A program made the translations under genes and the position numbers. A stretch of DNA of 63,865 nt, counting the filler, from Pelomyxa schiedti (Eukaryota > Protista > Evosea), in assembly GCA_020536535.1 (NCBI GenBank). It is 9 parts of 9 records of this genome, joined end to end, with 100 filler letters (N's around TTAATTAATTAA, not from the genome) between each part and the next. Parts side by side here need not be neighbours in the genome. Positions count along the whole stretch, not along the records: positions 22,290 to 36,190 come from JAHLWZ010000570.1; positions 36,291 to 37,491 come from JAHLWZ010002702.1; positions 37,592 to 57,272 come from JAHLWZ010001102.1; 6 more parts are not named here. One strand, 5' to 3'. A model generated the notes under the pieces. It had not been told where the DNA came from and did not search any database. It saw only the letters and a program-made list of their open reading frames with translations. Positions 32,420 to 42,815 of the stretch are shown piece by piece. The first letter of the stretch is position 1, and each line of letters starts with the position of its first letter.

Positions 32420-33889
32420 CTGTTGTGTACTCGGGGTGTGGTTGTGTTATGGTTTCTTTTGCTCCGTGGTCGCTGAGATTGTGACGAGGGCCGGTCGTAG
32501 TAGCACCGTATTATTGAGGGTGAACCCATCTCTGGCAACATTCATCACTTTCCCGGGGCTAGTCTCTGCTGTTGGTGTCACAGAAAATGCCTGTGCGGGT
32601 AAAAACCAATTAATAATTTTTTTCATATTGATTTACATGTGTTACCTCGTGCAGACTCGGGTCGAATTTAGTTGTGCCGGGCTGAATCTCTATCTTATCA
32701 ACACCAATGTTCTTAAGCCTGTGTTATGATTAGAATGCCCTTTGAGTGTAAACGTTCTACCATAGACCTTGTCAGTAAGTCGCGCTTCACAATGCTCACA
32801 GCTTCGGTGCACGCATTGTTCTGATTTGCGGGTGTTGTTGTTACTTGGGAGTTGGGAGGTGTCACCACCTCTCCCTCTTTAGTGGACACATTTGCTGAGT
32901 TTTGTTGGGAGGTAGGAAATTGAGTGATGGCGTTTAGGTCATCATACAAGTCGAGAACAACCGATTTCAATACACGCGTAGTGGCTGCATTCTTGGCATT
33001 TGATATATCAATTTGTGACGTTTTCCTGATTTGCCGATGAGACAATCAAACAAAAAAAGGGGGAGGCCTGATACCTAATTTGGTCATGGGCTGCACAAGC
33101 TGCAGCCGCAATTACACGCGAAGTGTGTAGCTGGGCTGTAAGTATCTCCACCCTCTCCTTTAGCTCCCCTACAGAAACCCCTTCCTCTTCATTTCCCCCC
33201 CCCTCCCTATCCCTGTCCCCATCCTTATCCCTACTACTGCCACCATCCTCCCCCTCCAGCTTATTCCTGTTCTCAACCGGGGGTTCCTTATCCTTTTCAC
33301 TTCCGCTTCTGGAATTGCGGGCTTCCCCCCCACTCCCTTGTGTCCCACCACCACCACCCCTGTAGGGGCCGTACCCCGGTGGAAGAACAACCGGTGACGG
33401 TCCCCTACCATCACCACCACTACTAGATGTTGTGGTAGTGTTGGTACTTACAGTCCTGTCAACAATCGAAGCTTCTGCCGTCGATGTTGCTGATGATGTA
33501 GCCGATGTTGACGACGACGAGTGTCTCGTTTGTTGGCCACGACCGGGGTTTTGTGTTGTTGTTGTTGTTGTGACCGGGTAGTAGTAGTAGTCACCGACTT
33601 GTTGCTGCTGCTGTGGCTGCTGGTCACAAAACGACGCGGTGGGGCTTATTAGCAGCATCGCGCGCTGTGCCTCGTGCAACGCCCTCGCGGTCGGCCTCCC
33701 TGCTGCTGCTGTGTACCGGGGGTGCACCGACAGCCTCCCATAATCCAAGCACTGGGGCGCCGCCGCCGCGTTGGTGCCCAGCGGGCCCCTCCTGGGCCCA
33801 ACTGTATGCGATGCCGGGCCACCCATTCCCACAATTGTCGGGGTCGTAGCACCCATCGCGTACGAGTACGAGTACGAGGGCGTAAGCAT
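32420..33889 (-). CDS. Low-complexity hypothetical protein with a coiled-coil segment (multi-exon; 3' end approximate)
   Basis: The 293-aa first-exon ORF splices in frame (GTATCAG...ATCAG) into KTSQIDISNAKN. No family recognised. Confidence 0.55.
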
Positions 33890-34343
33890 CGCCTTTCGGC
33901 TTTTTGGTTGTTACGCAAATAGTGTGGTGAGAAAAATGTGATATGAGATCCTCAGAAACCAGGCTCACACAAGATGCTTCAGTACTGTTGAGTGGTTGGC
34001 CTTCACTTTCACAACAGTTAAAAATCGAGGCTTGTGTTACTTATTTCTTGTCTGTTTTCATTTTATGTGCCTTGGGGCTACTGTTTCCACTAATTCGCAC
34101 ACAGCAAATGAGTTGTTCGAGATTATTCCTCCCATAGGGACTTGTTCTTCTGGAGCCATTTGATTTGGTCTTGGAGAGTTACTTCAGGGGGTATGATAGG
34201 CTCCCAGCCCAGTTCGGTTTGGGCTTNNNNNNNNNNNNNNNNNNNNNNNNNNNNNNNNNNNNNNNNNNNNNNNNNNNNNNNNNNNNNNNNNNNNNNNNNN
34301 NNNNNNNNNNNNNNNNNNNNNNNNNNAAATGAGTTGTTCGAGA

Positions 34344-34750
34344 TTATTCCTCCCATAGGGACTTGTTCTTCTGGAGCCATTTGATTTGGTCTTGGAGAGT
34401 TACTTCAGGGGGTATGATAGGCTCCCAGCCCAGTTCGGTTTGGGCTTTTGTGATTGGCCATAGCTGCGGTCTGCCAACAAGTCTGTGTGGGTGGTTAGAA
34501 TTCCAATTTGGTGTAGTAGACAGGGGATTTCAAACCGGAGAAGAAAGTGGGTCAGCAAGGGCCGGGAATCATACTTCCTGCGTAACCAGTAGAACCATTC
34601 CATAACCTCCGCAATGCACGATGCAAACCAGAATGGAAGGCTCATCGTCGGCCGGCGGGCTCCGATTCCATCGGCAATTCCAAAGTAGAACTGACGCCAG
34701 GTTAATGACTTGTGAGGATTGGTGATGTTGTAGCAAATTTCACGTCCGGT

Positions 34751-34782
<32 letters not shown>

Positions 34783-36190
34783 TAGAAGTAGCTGTTGCTG
34801 GGGAGGTACTGGGGGTTTTTTTGTAGTGGGCGGCCAACCATGCGGCGCGGCATACATCACGAGCATCCACAGCTCCAGAGGAATGGTTACCTCCGGATAT
34901 CATGAGTCCCATTCCTTTCCGCATCAATCCAGCTTCCACAAGACCCCAGGACATGGATCCTGGGCCAATTACCACTCCCGGCCGTAGAACTATAGCCGGT
35001 ACGGGTACGTAGCCTACATGATACCCGTTGACTGTTCCTCCACCTCGTGATGCTGCCACCACGATATCATCAGCACGTGATTTGGTAAGGGAGTAAGGGT
35101 ACCGCCTATCATGTGCTGGTGGAATCCCTTCATGGCAATCGGCTGGTAGGAGGTGCCTTGGGTAGACATCAACTGTGGAGGCGTGAACGAACTTTTTAAA
35201 GGTTATATGACGGGGTGATGACGCGGAAGTAGAAGCTGAATCGGTAGCGTGTAAACTATCTGAGCAATCGGGCTTCTTACTTTGTTCAATTTGAAGTTGC
35301 TGTTGCGCCAGAATACAACGCTGCGCAAAGGAAATCATATTCAACGTACCGTTTACGTTGGGCGGGTTGTACTCTTCAACGGTTCCCCAATCTCCACCCT
35401 GGGCAGCAAAGTGGAAAATAAACTCGGTTGTAGTTTCATAAGGTGCAAGAGCCCTCGCTACGGCGTTTTCATCATGCAGAGGAGCGTACCTAGTCACCAC
35501 GCGGACACGAGGGAGTGGGTGAGTTACATTTTTCTTGTCTTCCAGCATGCTACTTAACGTAGCAAACCTGAGTGCAGCCACCCTATCCCCAGACGAATTC
35601 AGTGACAATAAAGTAGCACTATCCGAAGCAGCAGACGCCGAAGCAGAATTGGAAGAAGAACACTGCGCCGGTAGCACAGAATCCCCATCATTAGTACCAC
35701 CAGAAGCAGCAGGTGGTGGTATATCATCACCCGCCGGCGTGTCCTGCTTGATCGCCGCTGTGGCGGCTTCCTCCCTCCTCCTCCTCCCATTATCGGCCTC
35801 CTCTTTCTCTTTCATAAGGGAGTCCAGATACTCTGCCCACTCGGGGCTGCTCTTGAGGTCGTCCGTGTCGCTGTACTCGTTCCTCAGCACCATCACAATC
35901 ACCACCGTCTCGGTCTCCCTCTCGGTGTCCGCGTCGGCGTCGGCGTCTGCGTCGGCGTCGTCTCCCTCCGCTGACCCCGGACGTCCGGCTTTGGGCGGCA
36001 GGCACCATTGTGGGTGGGCGGGGTCGGTGAGGAGGGCGAGGAGCAGGCGGACCATGTGCGACCCGATGAACCCACTGGCTCCCGTCACAACCCACGTGCG
36101 CGTGTTGGCCTCGCTCATCAATCGACTAGTAGTACTGGTAGTAGTGCTGGTGGCGGCGGCGGCGGTACCACGACCGCGAGTTGTTGTTGT
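34344..36190 (-). CDS. NAD-dependent epimerase / 3-beta-HSD-like extended SDR with large low-complexity insertions (possibly 5'-partial)
   Basis: VVTGASGFIGSH, IFHFAAQG, NVNGTLN, FVHASTVDVY, YSLTK (YxxxK), LRPGVVIGPG and KAQTELGWEP. Confidence 0.85.
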
Positions 36191-36411
36191 NNNNNNNNNN
36201 NNNNNNNNNNNNNNNNNNNNNNNNNNNNNNNNNNTTAATTAATTAANNNNNNNNNNNNNNNNNNNNNNNNNNNNNNNNNNNNNNNNNNNNACATACTGGC
36301 TGCACTGAGAACAGCAAGCAGTTAGAAATTTGAAAAAAAGAAGAGACATAAACGGATGCAACCAAAACAGATTCCAGGATTCTTCTTGTGTTCTACCAAG
36401 TATGTAAAATA

Positions 36412-37265
36412 CCGTATGTTGAGAAACCTTCGTTCTGAAAAACATTCGTCGCCGAAAACTTTCGTTGCTGAAAACTTTGGCGTCTCACGATCAGTGATGA
36501 AAGTTTTCGCACCACGATTTTCCCCGCCGATAGATCTGTGTATAGATCGAGCCGGATAGAAAATCAAAATACCAGACATACAGGACATCGGAACAGCGCA
36601 CGTTGTTGGATTGTGGTCCGGTTCGGCCAAAGTGTCTCTCAGCACTCTTAGGGAATCACTGGAGGTGTTTGTTACTGCTGCTTTTTGTTGTCCATTCCCA
36701 CTTCCTACTTATTCAACGACACCAACCATCTGCTGATGTGATGAGACCAGACCCAAGCCCTTTTATACCGACCAACCAACGTTGTTTCATTTTGGCGAAT
36801 CTTTAATACAAACAAAGATTAAGTGTCAACACTGTCAGCACTCAAAACACCCCAACCACTCTTTCTTTAACCTTGACTCTACACTAAAGGCCTCAGCCTT
36901 GTGGCGTGGAGATTATGGCAACATCAGAGCCGACTAACGACGCCACGCCACATTGTCCCACTCTTTCGAAAGAGTGGTCTCATTCTGATGTATATTTCTA
37001 CCATAATTTTTGTCTTACTTCTAACAGGGAAGAACTCTACCACTTCCCATCAATTGAATGGACAATCCCAGCCCCATCCTTCCTCGGCTTTCTGCCACCG
37101 ATACCTACCATAGAAAAAGAAATTTTATTTCTATTACAAATTTCTAATTGGCCACCGAGGCGTACGATCATTTTGGCGACGAATCATTTTCGGCAACAAA
37201 AGTTTTCGACGACGAAAGTTTTGGGCAACGAAAGTTTTCTCGAACGAAGGTTTCCCAACATACGG
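36412..37265. mobile_element. Non-autonomous TIR element (about 854 bp) with tandem ~15-bp subterminal repeats
   Basis: CCGTATGTTGAGAAACCTTCGTTCTG... versus reverse complement of the right end CCGTATGTTGGGAAACCTTCGTTCGA. Repeated GAAAACTTTCGT(C/T)G(C/T) units. Flanked by TA on both sides (or AAAT if the ends are 1 nt wider). Confidence 0.85.
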
Positions 37266-37591
37266 TAAATAAGCAGATCCAACTTTGACAGTAAGCCCAC
37301 GAACCACAGGAGCTTGCTGATTTGGTTGTAATCTCAGCAGCCCACCACCCAGTCATAGTATCGTATAGTCAGCCCGAAATACACAGGGTTTGAGAAGCCA
37401 CACAATGAAGTGCATTGTTTCACTAATACAAAAACAAGTACACCCACACGAAGTGCTCACCAAATAACTAAAAAAGAGTAATAATAATACANNNNNNNNN
37501 NNNNNNNNNNNNNNNNNNNNNNNNNNNNNNNNNNNTTAATTAATTAANNNNNNNNNNNNNNNNNNNNNNNNNNNNNNNNNNNNNNNNNNNN

Positions 37592-37688
<97 letters not shown>
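37592..37688. repeat. Poly(A) run at a contig end
   Basis: About 97 consecutive A. It lies in what appears to be an intron of the minus-strand gene. Confidence 0.8.
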
Positions 37689-37690
<2 letters not shown>

Positions 37691-37714
37691 AAGAACAAAC
37701 AATAAAAGCTGGCA

Positions 37715-38144
37715 TCAAACCTGACAATCCAGCCCAATCCATACACTGTGATGTGATGTCCTCGTACTCTTCGTCGAAATCCGGTATTGCAGCAATTCCC
37801 CCACTTCCACTCCCCCCCTCGTGAGACGACGACGCTGTTTTTTGACCGTCCACCAGGGCTGCCGCCGATGACGAAGTCGACATTGCTGATGTAGATGTTG
37901 ACGAGGACGGCGGGGTGGTGGGAGTGGATGATGGGATGGCGAGCAGATCGTCGAGGTTGAGCCTGGGCTGGGCCGGAGCCTGAGGCTGGGCCGGGGGCTG
38001 GGCCTGGGCCTGGGGCTTGGCCTTGGGCGCGATGGTGGTGCCGAAGCGCGACCTGAGGACTGAGGCGGCCGACGACGTGGTGGAGGACGACGAGGCGCCG
38101 GTCGTCGGTGCGCCACCGGTGGGCCCCGATGTTGTTGATGACAT
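37715..38144 (-). CDS. First exon of a gene, possibly NatC auxiliary subunit Mak10/NAA35-like
   Basis: Low-complexity N-terminus followed by EEYEDITSQCMDWA, loosely like the Mak10 start (..DIT..F..A). The contig ends before this can be confirmed. Confidence 0.3.
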
Positions 38145-38516
38145 CCCTTCGACTTTATTCGGCAGATACGAGATTTCTGCTTCTGATCACTCTCGATTCT
38201 TCGGTGAGGACCGAGATTTCGAAAAGGAAAAAAGATAGGCCAGCAGGCACCGTGCATCAGATTTCTCTTTTCAACCTGAGTCAACCTCAGTGTTTGAAGT
38301 ATCTGTCTGACTTGGGGGCTAGGTATTAATGGTGGAGGTTGTACCAAAAGTTTCTCTTCATTTTTTTTCACAAAAAGTGGAAAAATAAAATTGGAACCTG
38401 CACCAGGTGGGGGAAGCACTTTTCCCCATCTTGAGCACTTTTCCCAAACAGTTCAATTTGGGCTCCATGACATTTAAAACCTCTTCTTTTGTTATCACAG
38501 TGACATTGGTTTTTAC

Positions 38517-41132
38517 TCAGTTGTAGCCATCTGGTTGGCCTTTGCGCAGAAGCCCACCTCTGCTGTTTACCCACAGAAGGCAGTTGGTGCCTGATCCTGG
38601 TACCTATTTTCGTGAATCAACTGGCAGTTTCTTCTTATATCTCATTAATTCTACATACTGTGTATACATCCATGCCGTGCTCGAAAGTTTGCACAAATAT
38701 CTTCACGAAATTAGCACAACCCTGCTGTGAATTTGTTTGAAAATGAAAGGAATACCTCAAGTTGTCCATCACCATCAAGGTCTCCGAGGGTTGGTGCCGC
38801 GGGAGCCCCATTCCCGTTTCCTGAGGGAAAAAGATTAGGAACTATCCAGAGTTTAGTTGTGGTACCGTTGGATTCGCCTTGGTTATTCAGTGGCACATCA
38901 AAAAGAAGGTCGCCGGAATTACTCAAAATGACCAGGTTCCCCGAGTCCAAAACGGTTGGATCGCCGTAGGTGGTAAAAATAACCTCCGGGGCACTTTTTT
39001 ATGGTAAGTTGGATTGTCTCTGAGGAAATGTGCCATACCCATCTCGATTCAAATCGGCAACAAGTGCTTCAGATGAATACATTACGGATTTACCATGGCT
39101 AATGCACTGGGTAAATTTTACAGTTCCGTGAGGAAAAAGTTGAGTAACAACCTGAAGTCATAGCTCCAGAGTAGCTCTGCTGAGCTGGAATAGCAGTACA
39201 AGTGTTTATCGTTTCCACTGAAGATAATTTCTACAAACACGGTAAGGGTTATTTCCGGTATCTGGGAGGTGATCTGCACAACCTGGGCTGTCATCATCAA
39301 CAATATTTATTGTTGTCGCATATGCTGGTGCCGATGGAGGATACCAGCCCGAGAGCTGGTCTCAGTCTTAATTCAGAACAGTTCCAAATTTGGGAATGCT
39401 CATACGTGAATGGGGTATTCACCACGAGGTAGAGTTTCCCAGCCCGGCAATCGCATCGCAGAGTCATTGCCATAAGCCCCCATTAAGACAAATATAGCAT
39501 ACGCCTTTGTGTCATAGGGGATATCCTTTTCAACGTTTGGAATTGCAACAACCTGGTATGAATTATAAAGTCTCACAGGGCACTGCCTTAGTGTACCTCA
39601 TTTCTTCCATCTCCATCCAGATCTACGACATTAGCGGGGCTGGCAGTAAACTGCAGCCACTCAGTCCAGCTTATGTATTGTTAAATCGCGGAACAATACA
39701 AAAGAAGTTTACTCAGGGCCAGGCCAGTCCCCAGTATGTAAGTGGTAGTGATCTTCTTCTACAGCTGGATCTGCATACCTGATAAACTAAAGGGAATGAA
39801 AAAGAAAAAAAGAGAGGTTGGTTAATACTTGTCCCCAAGTAAACAGATTGTCCTGTAATGGAGGAAAAAATGTCAGCGATCAGTCAATGTTAACGTAGTT
39901 GGAGGATTACCAAGCACTCCGTCCCGCGATTTGTAAAGTATGGTGACGCATTTATTGTCACCCCGTCATATTTAAAGGCCTATTGAGGTGAAAAGCTAAG
40001 GATACTAAGGGAAAAAAAATACCTGTATTTGATGGTTGTCATATGTTCCTATAATTTCAAGGTTGTCATCGTCATCGATATTGCCTTAGGGATAGTTGAT
40101 GAAAAAAACCTTGGAAAGAGATTGGAAAATACCTATTCCCACGTTCAAGCCATATGCACCATATCCAGTTTGCCCTTAACACAGTGAAAATGATGAGACC
40201 CATACATGAGTACCTTGGCAGTTTCTATCAAGGTCATTACCATCTCCACTTAGGGCGTTGTATCGTGGCCATGCCGGAGAGTGTCCGCCTGAGGGCTGAA
40301 ATACGTTACCGTGATAGTCAAATACCCAAGTCTGAATATCGGTAGTTTCTGTTGTTGTACAGATTATTTCCATTTTGTTATCTTGGTTCAAGTCCGCTTC
40401 CATGGAGTTAGGTTAAGCTTTGGACAGAGAGTCGCAACCTACTGCTAGACCTCTCACTTCACAAGATTGACCAGATGAGCAAGCCACCACAGGGAACCCA
40501 TCTTTATTTCTTAAGGCCTCTATAAGTAACGTTACGATTTTAAACCTCTCAAATTAAACTTACTGTTAACATATTCATACACAACAATGTATTGTCCCTT
40601 CCCAGCAATAATTTCAACAATCCCATCGTCATCCAGATCGACAACAGCATGTGGTGCATACACCTCCAAGGCACGTTACATGTGGAGAGGAACAGGAAAT
40701 GAAGAGTACTCGCGAGGTGGCCGAATTCAACCCAGAATCACTGGTAATTCTTGTGAGCGAGTCATTGTAAACATAAATTCTGCCCCAACGTCAGTACTGT
40801 TATGATATTCAAGTGATCCCGTACGTGTAGAACGCAGCCACCAACTCGTTTATACCATCGCCATCCAGGTCATAGACAATGGGAGAAGCATACCAGCTAG
40901 TGCCGAGCCAAGGAATCGTTTGAAGAAAGACAGGTTCCTAAGTGCCAGTAAAACAATTGGAACGTGGCCCTTGACCACAGGGTGATACGGAGTGTAATTA
41001 CCTGGACACTTTCGGAACCTCCTGGGTTTTCACAAGTAACAGTGTCTAACAACAGTTATTACACCAGTCACAAACAAAGAGGGAGAAAAGAAGCTTGAAG
41101 AAAAAAAAGTAAACCGAAATCTCTGCCATCAT
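38517..41132 (-). CDS. Secreted FG-GAP/VCBS-type Ca-binding beta-propeller protein (many introns)
   Basis: Repeated DxDxDG blades: YDLDGDGINEL, DLDDDGIVEII, ADLNQDNKMEII, NIDDDDNLEII, ADLNRDG, GDLDGDGQLEV. Hydrophobic N-terminus. Confidence 0.85.
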
Positions 41133-41156
41133 CCTTATTCTTGCTCAGTGGCACAC

Positions 41157-41372
41157 TTATCTTCCAATTACCGGTAAGAATTCTGAAAGGGAGAAAAAAA
41201 AAAGGGGATATCTGGCTCCACATACTGCGATCACCAAAATGATGACTAAAACAGCACCAGCAGTTGCGACTGATGTCACGACCACAGGAAGAGTGTGCTC
41301 GCTGGCCTTGGTCTTGACATCGTCAAACAGACCCTTGATCTTGTCGGTTATGCCTGCAACATCAAAACCCAT
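41157..41372 (-). CDS. Small single-pass membrane protein (3' end uncertain)
   Basis: MGFDVAGITDKIKGLFDDVKTKASEH followed by a ~25-aa hydrophobic segment. Confidence 0.5.
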   Translation of the reverse strand: MGFDVAGITDKIKGLFDDVKTKASEHTLPVVVTSVATAGAVLVIILVIAVCGARYPLFFFSLSEFLPVIGR

Positions 41373-41633
41373 CGGTTGCTGATCGTAGTTACAAAAAGCC
41401 GGAACTTCGATCTCGGAAATCGAACTTCAAGTGGCGACTGAGGAATCTGGAACAGTCAGACACTACAGTGAGCCTGCCATGGCACTTGGGGACAGCTCGT
41501 CCTCATCGACGAGGGGGGTGGGCTGGCTCACTCCAGCTTCATCTTCGCATAACTCGGCGAAAAGGGGGGAGAGGACAACTTGCCCTCCAAGAACAAAGGC
41601 CACACAGTTTGGAAGTTTTTATTATAATTGCCT

Positions 41634-42446
41634 TCAAGCCCAGCAGATGAGTTTCGTGAATTTCTCATAGTCACAGCTGCGTCCACAAATGTGACCTTGG
41701 GAACCCTCGATGTGCCAGCTGAGCCTATTGTGTGGGGCAGCTTCACAAATATCAGCTGGTGACAGTTGAATGGCGCGGGTTGAAGTGAATCCAAATGATT
41801 TCCCTTCCACAAAGTACCACCACACACCGCGGTGGCACACACCTGCCTCAGTGAGGCTGGTGCTCCTCTGGCACACAACTGACCTCTTTCCAACTGCAGC
41901 GAGAACCAAGACTCCAGTGGCCACCTTTTTGAGTTATTATTTCGACATTCCCAGCTTCCTATTATATATGCATGTATATGCTATTCTACTTATACTAATT
42001 GACTAGAAGGTTGCAGAAAAACAGTGTGGTGGTAAACTCACATCTTGGGCAGCAACGAGCATCCACTCACCCTGGCCAGGGTCGATATCCGACGCCTTGG
42101 TGCAGTGCTTGTAAGGCTGCTTGTAGTGCACGTTCCAGCCACTGAGAACCTCGGCAGGCACGTTCGCCATCACTCCGCTCTGCCCCACGTTCCAGGGGTA
42201 CGGGGGCATTCTGCCGATCACGTACTGGATGTCCACAGTGGCCTTGGCGAGTTGCTCCTTGAGCTTCCTGTTCTGCTCCAAGAGGTACTTGAACATCGGG
42301 TTGGCTGTTGCGTGTGGACACTCAGCGAAGTGAGCCTCGAGATCAGCATCAGGGCCATTCCAGGTGCACAGGTGTGACGCTGGGCACCGAACTGTTGTTG
42401 TCACAACTCCTCCCTCCGTTGATGCAGCAGTGGCAGTGCTTGTCAT
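41634..42446 (-). CDS. TRAF-type zinc finger, coiled coil and an uncharacterised aromatic-rich C-terminal domain (1 intron)
   Basis: CPASHLCTWNGPDADLEAHFAECP, then GWNVHYKQPY...VLAAVG...GVWWYFVEGKSFGF...RLSWH. Confidence 0.7.
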
Positions 42447-42815
42447 CTTCTTGTTTGGTTGTTTGGGTGTTTGTTTTTTTGATAGACGAATGATGGGGTT
42501 CTGTCTCTTAAAAACCCTGTGGTTAACGGCTGGGTGTTACGGGAATTCAGCCGAGATTGAGCATGTCCTTGCATATGATTGAGTTACTCGAAGTCCGCTT
42601 GTTTCTGAGAACAGAAAAGACCCTTGCACTTGTGATTCCAAACCCTGGTGCCTCTTCTGAATCAGAGTTGCTCAATGGGGCAGTTAGCGTTATTCACATT
42701 GTTGCAGTCTGGTGTCTTTGAAGTCTTATTAATTAATAACGGCTTCGGGATTTAAACGACTTCATCGTGAAAAAATCCTGTTTCAAGAACCCAGAACAAA
42801 GGAAAAGTCAAGGAG

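Noticed and set aside
36420-36480. Regularly spaced ~15-bp repeats resembling a CRISPR or iteron array
   Set aside because: No unique spacers, eukaryotic context, and mirrored at 37170-37260 as part of the TIRs.
37592-37688. Poly(A) as a retroposon tail, or the poly-Phe ORF
   Set aside because: It sits at a contig end within an apparent intron. Its length is unreliable and no element body or TSD is visible.
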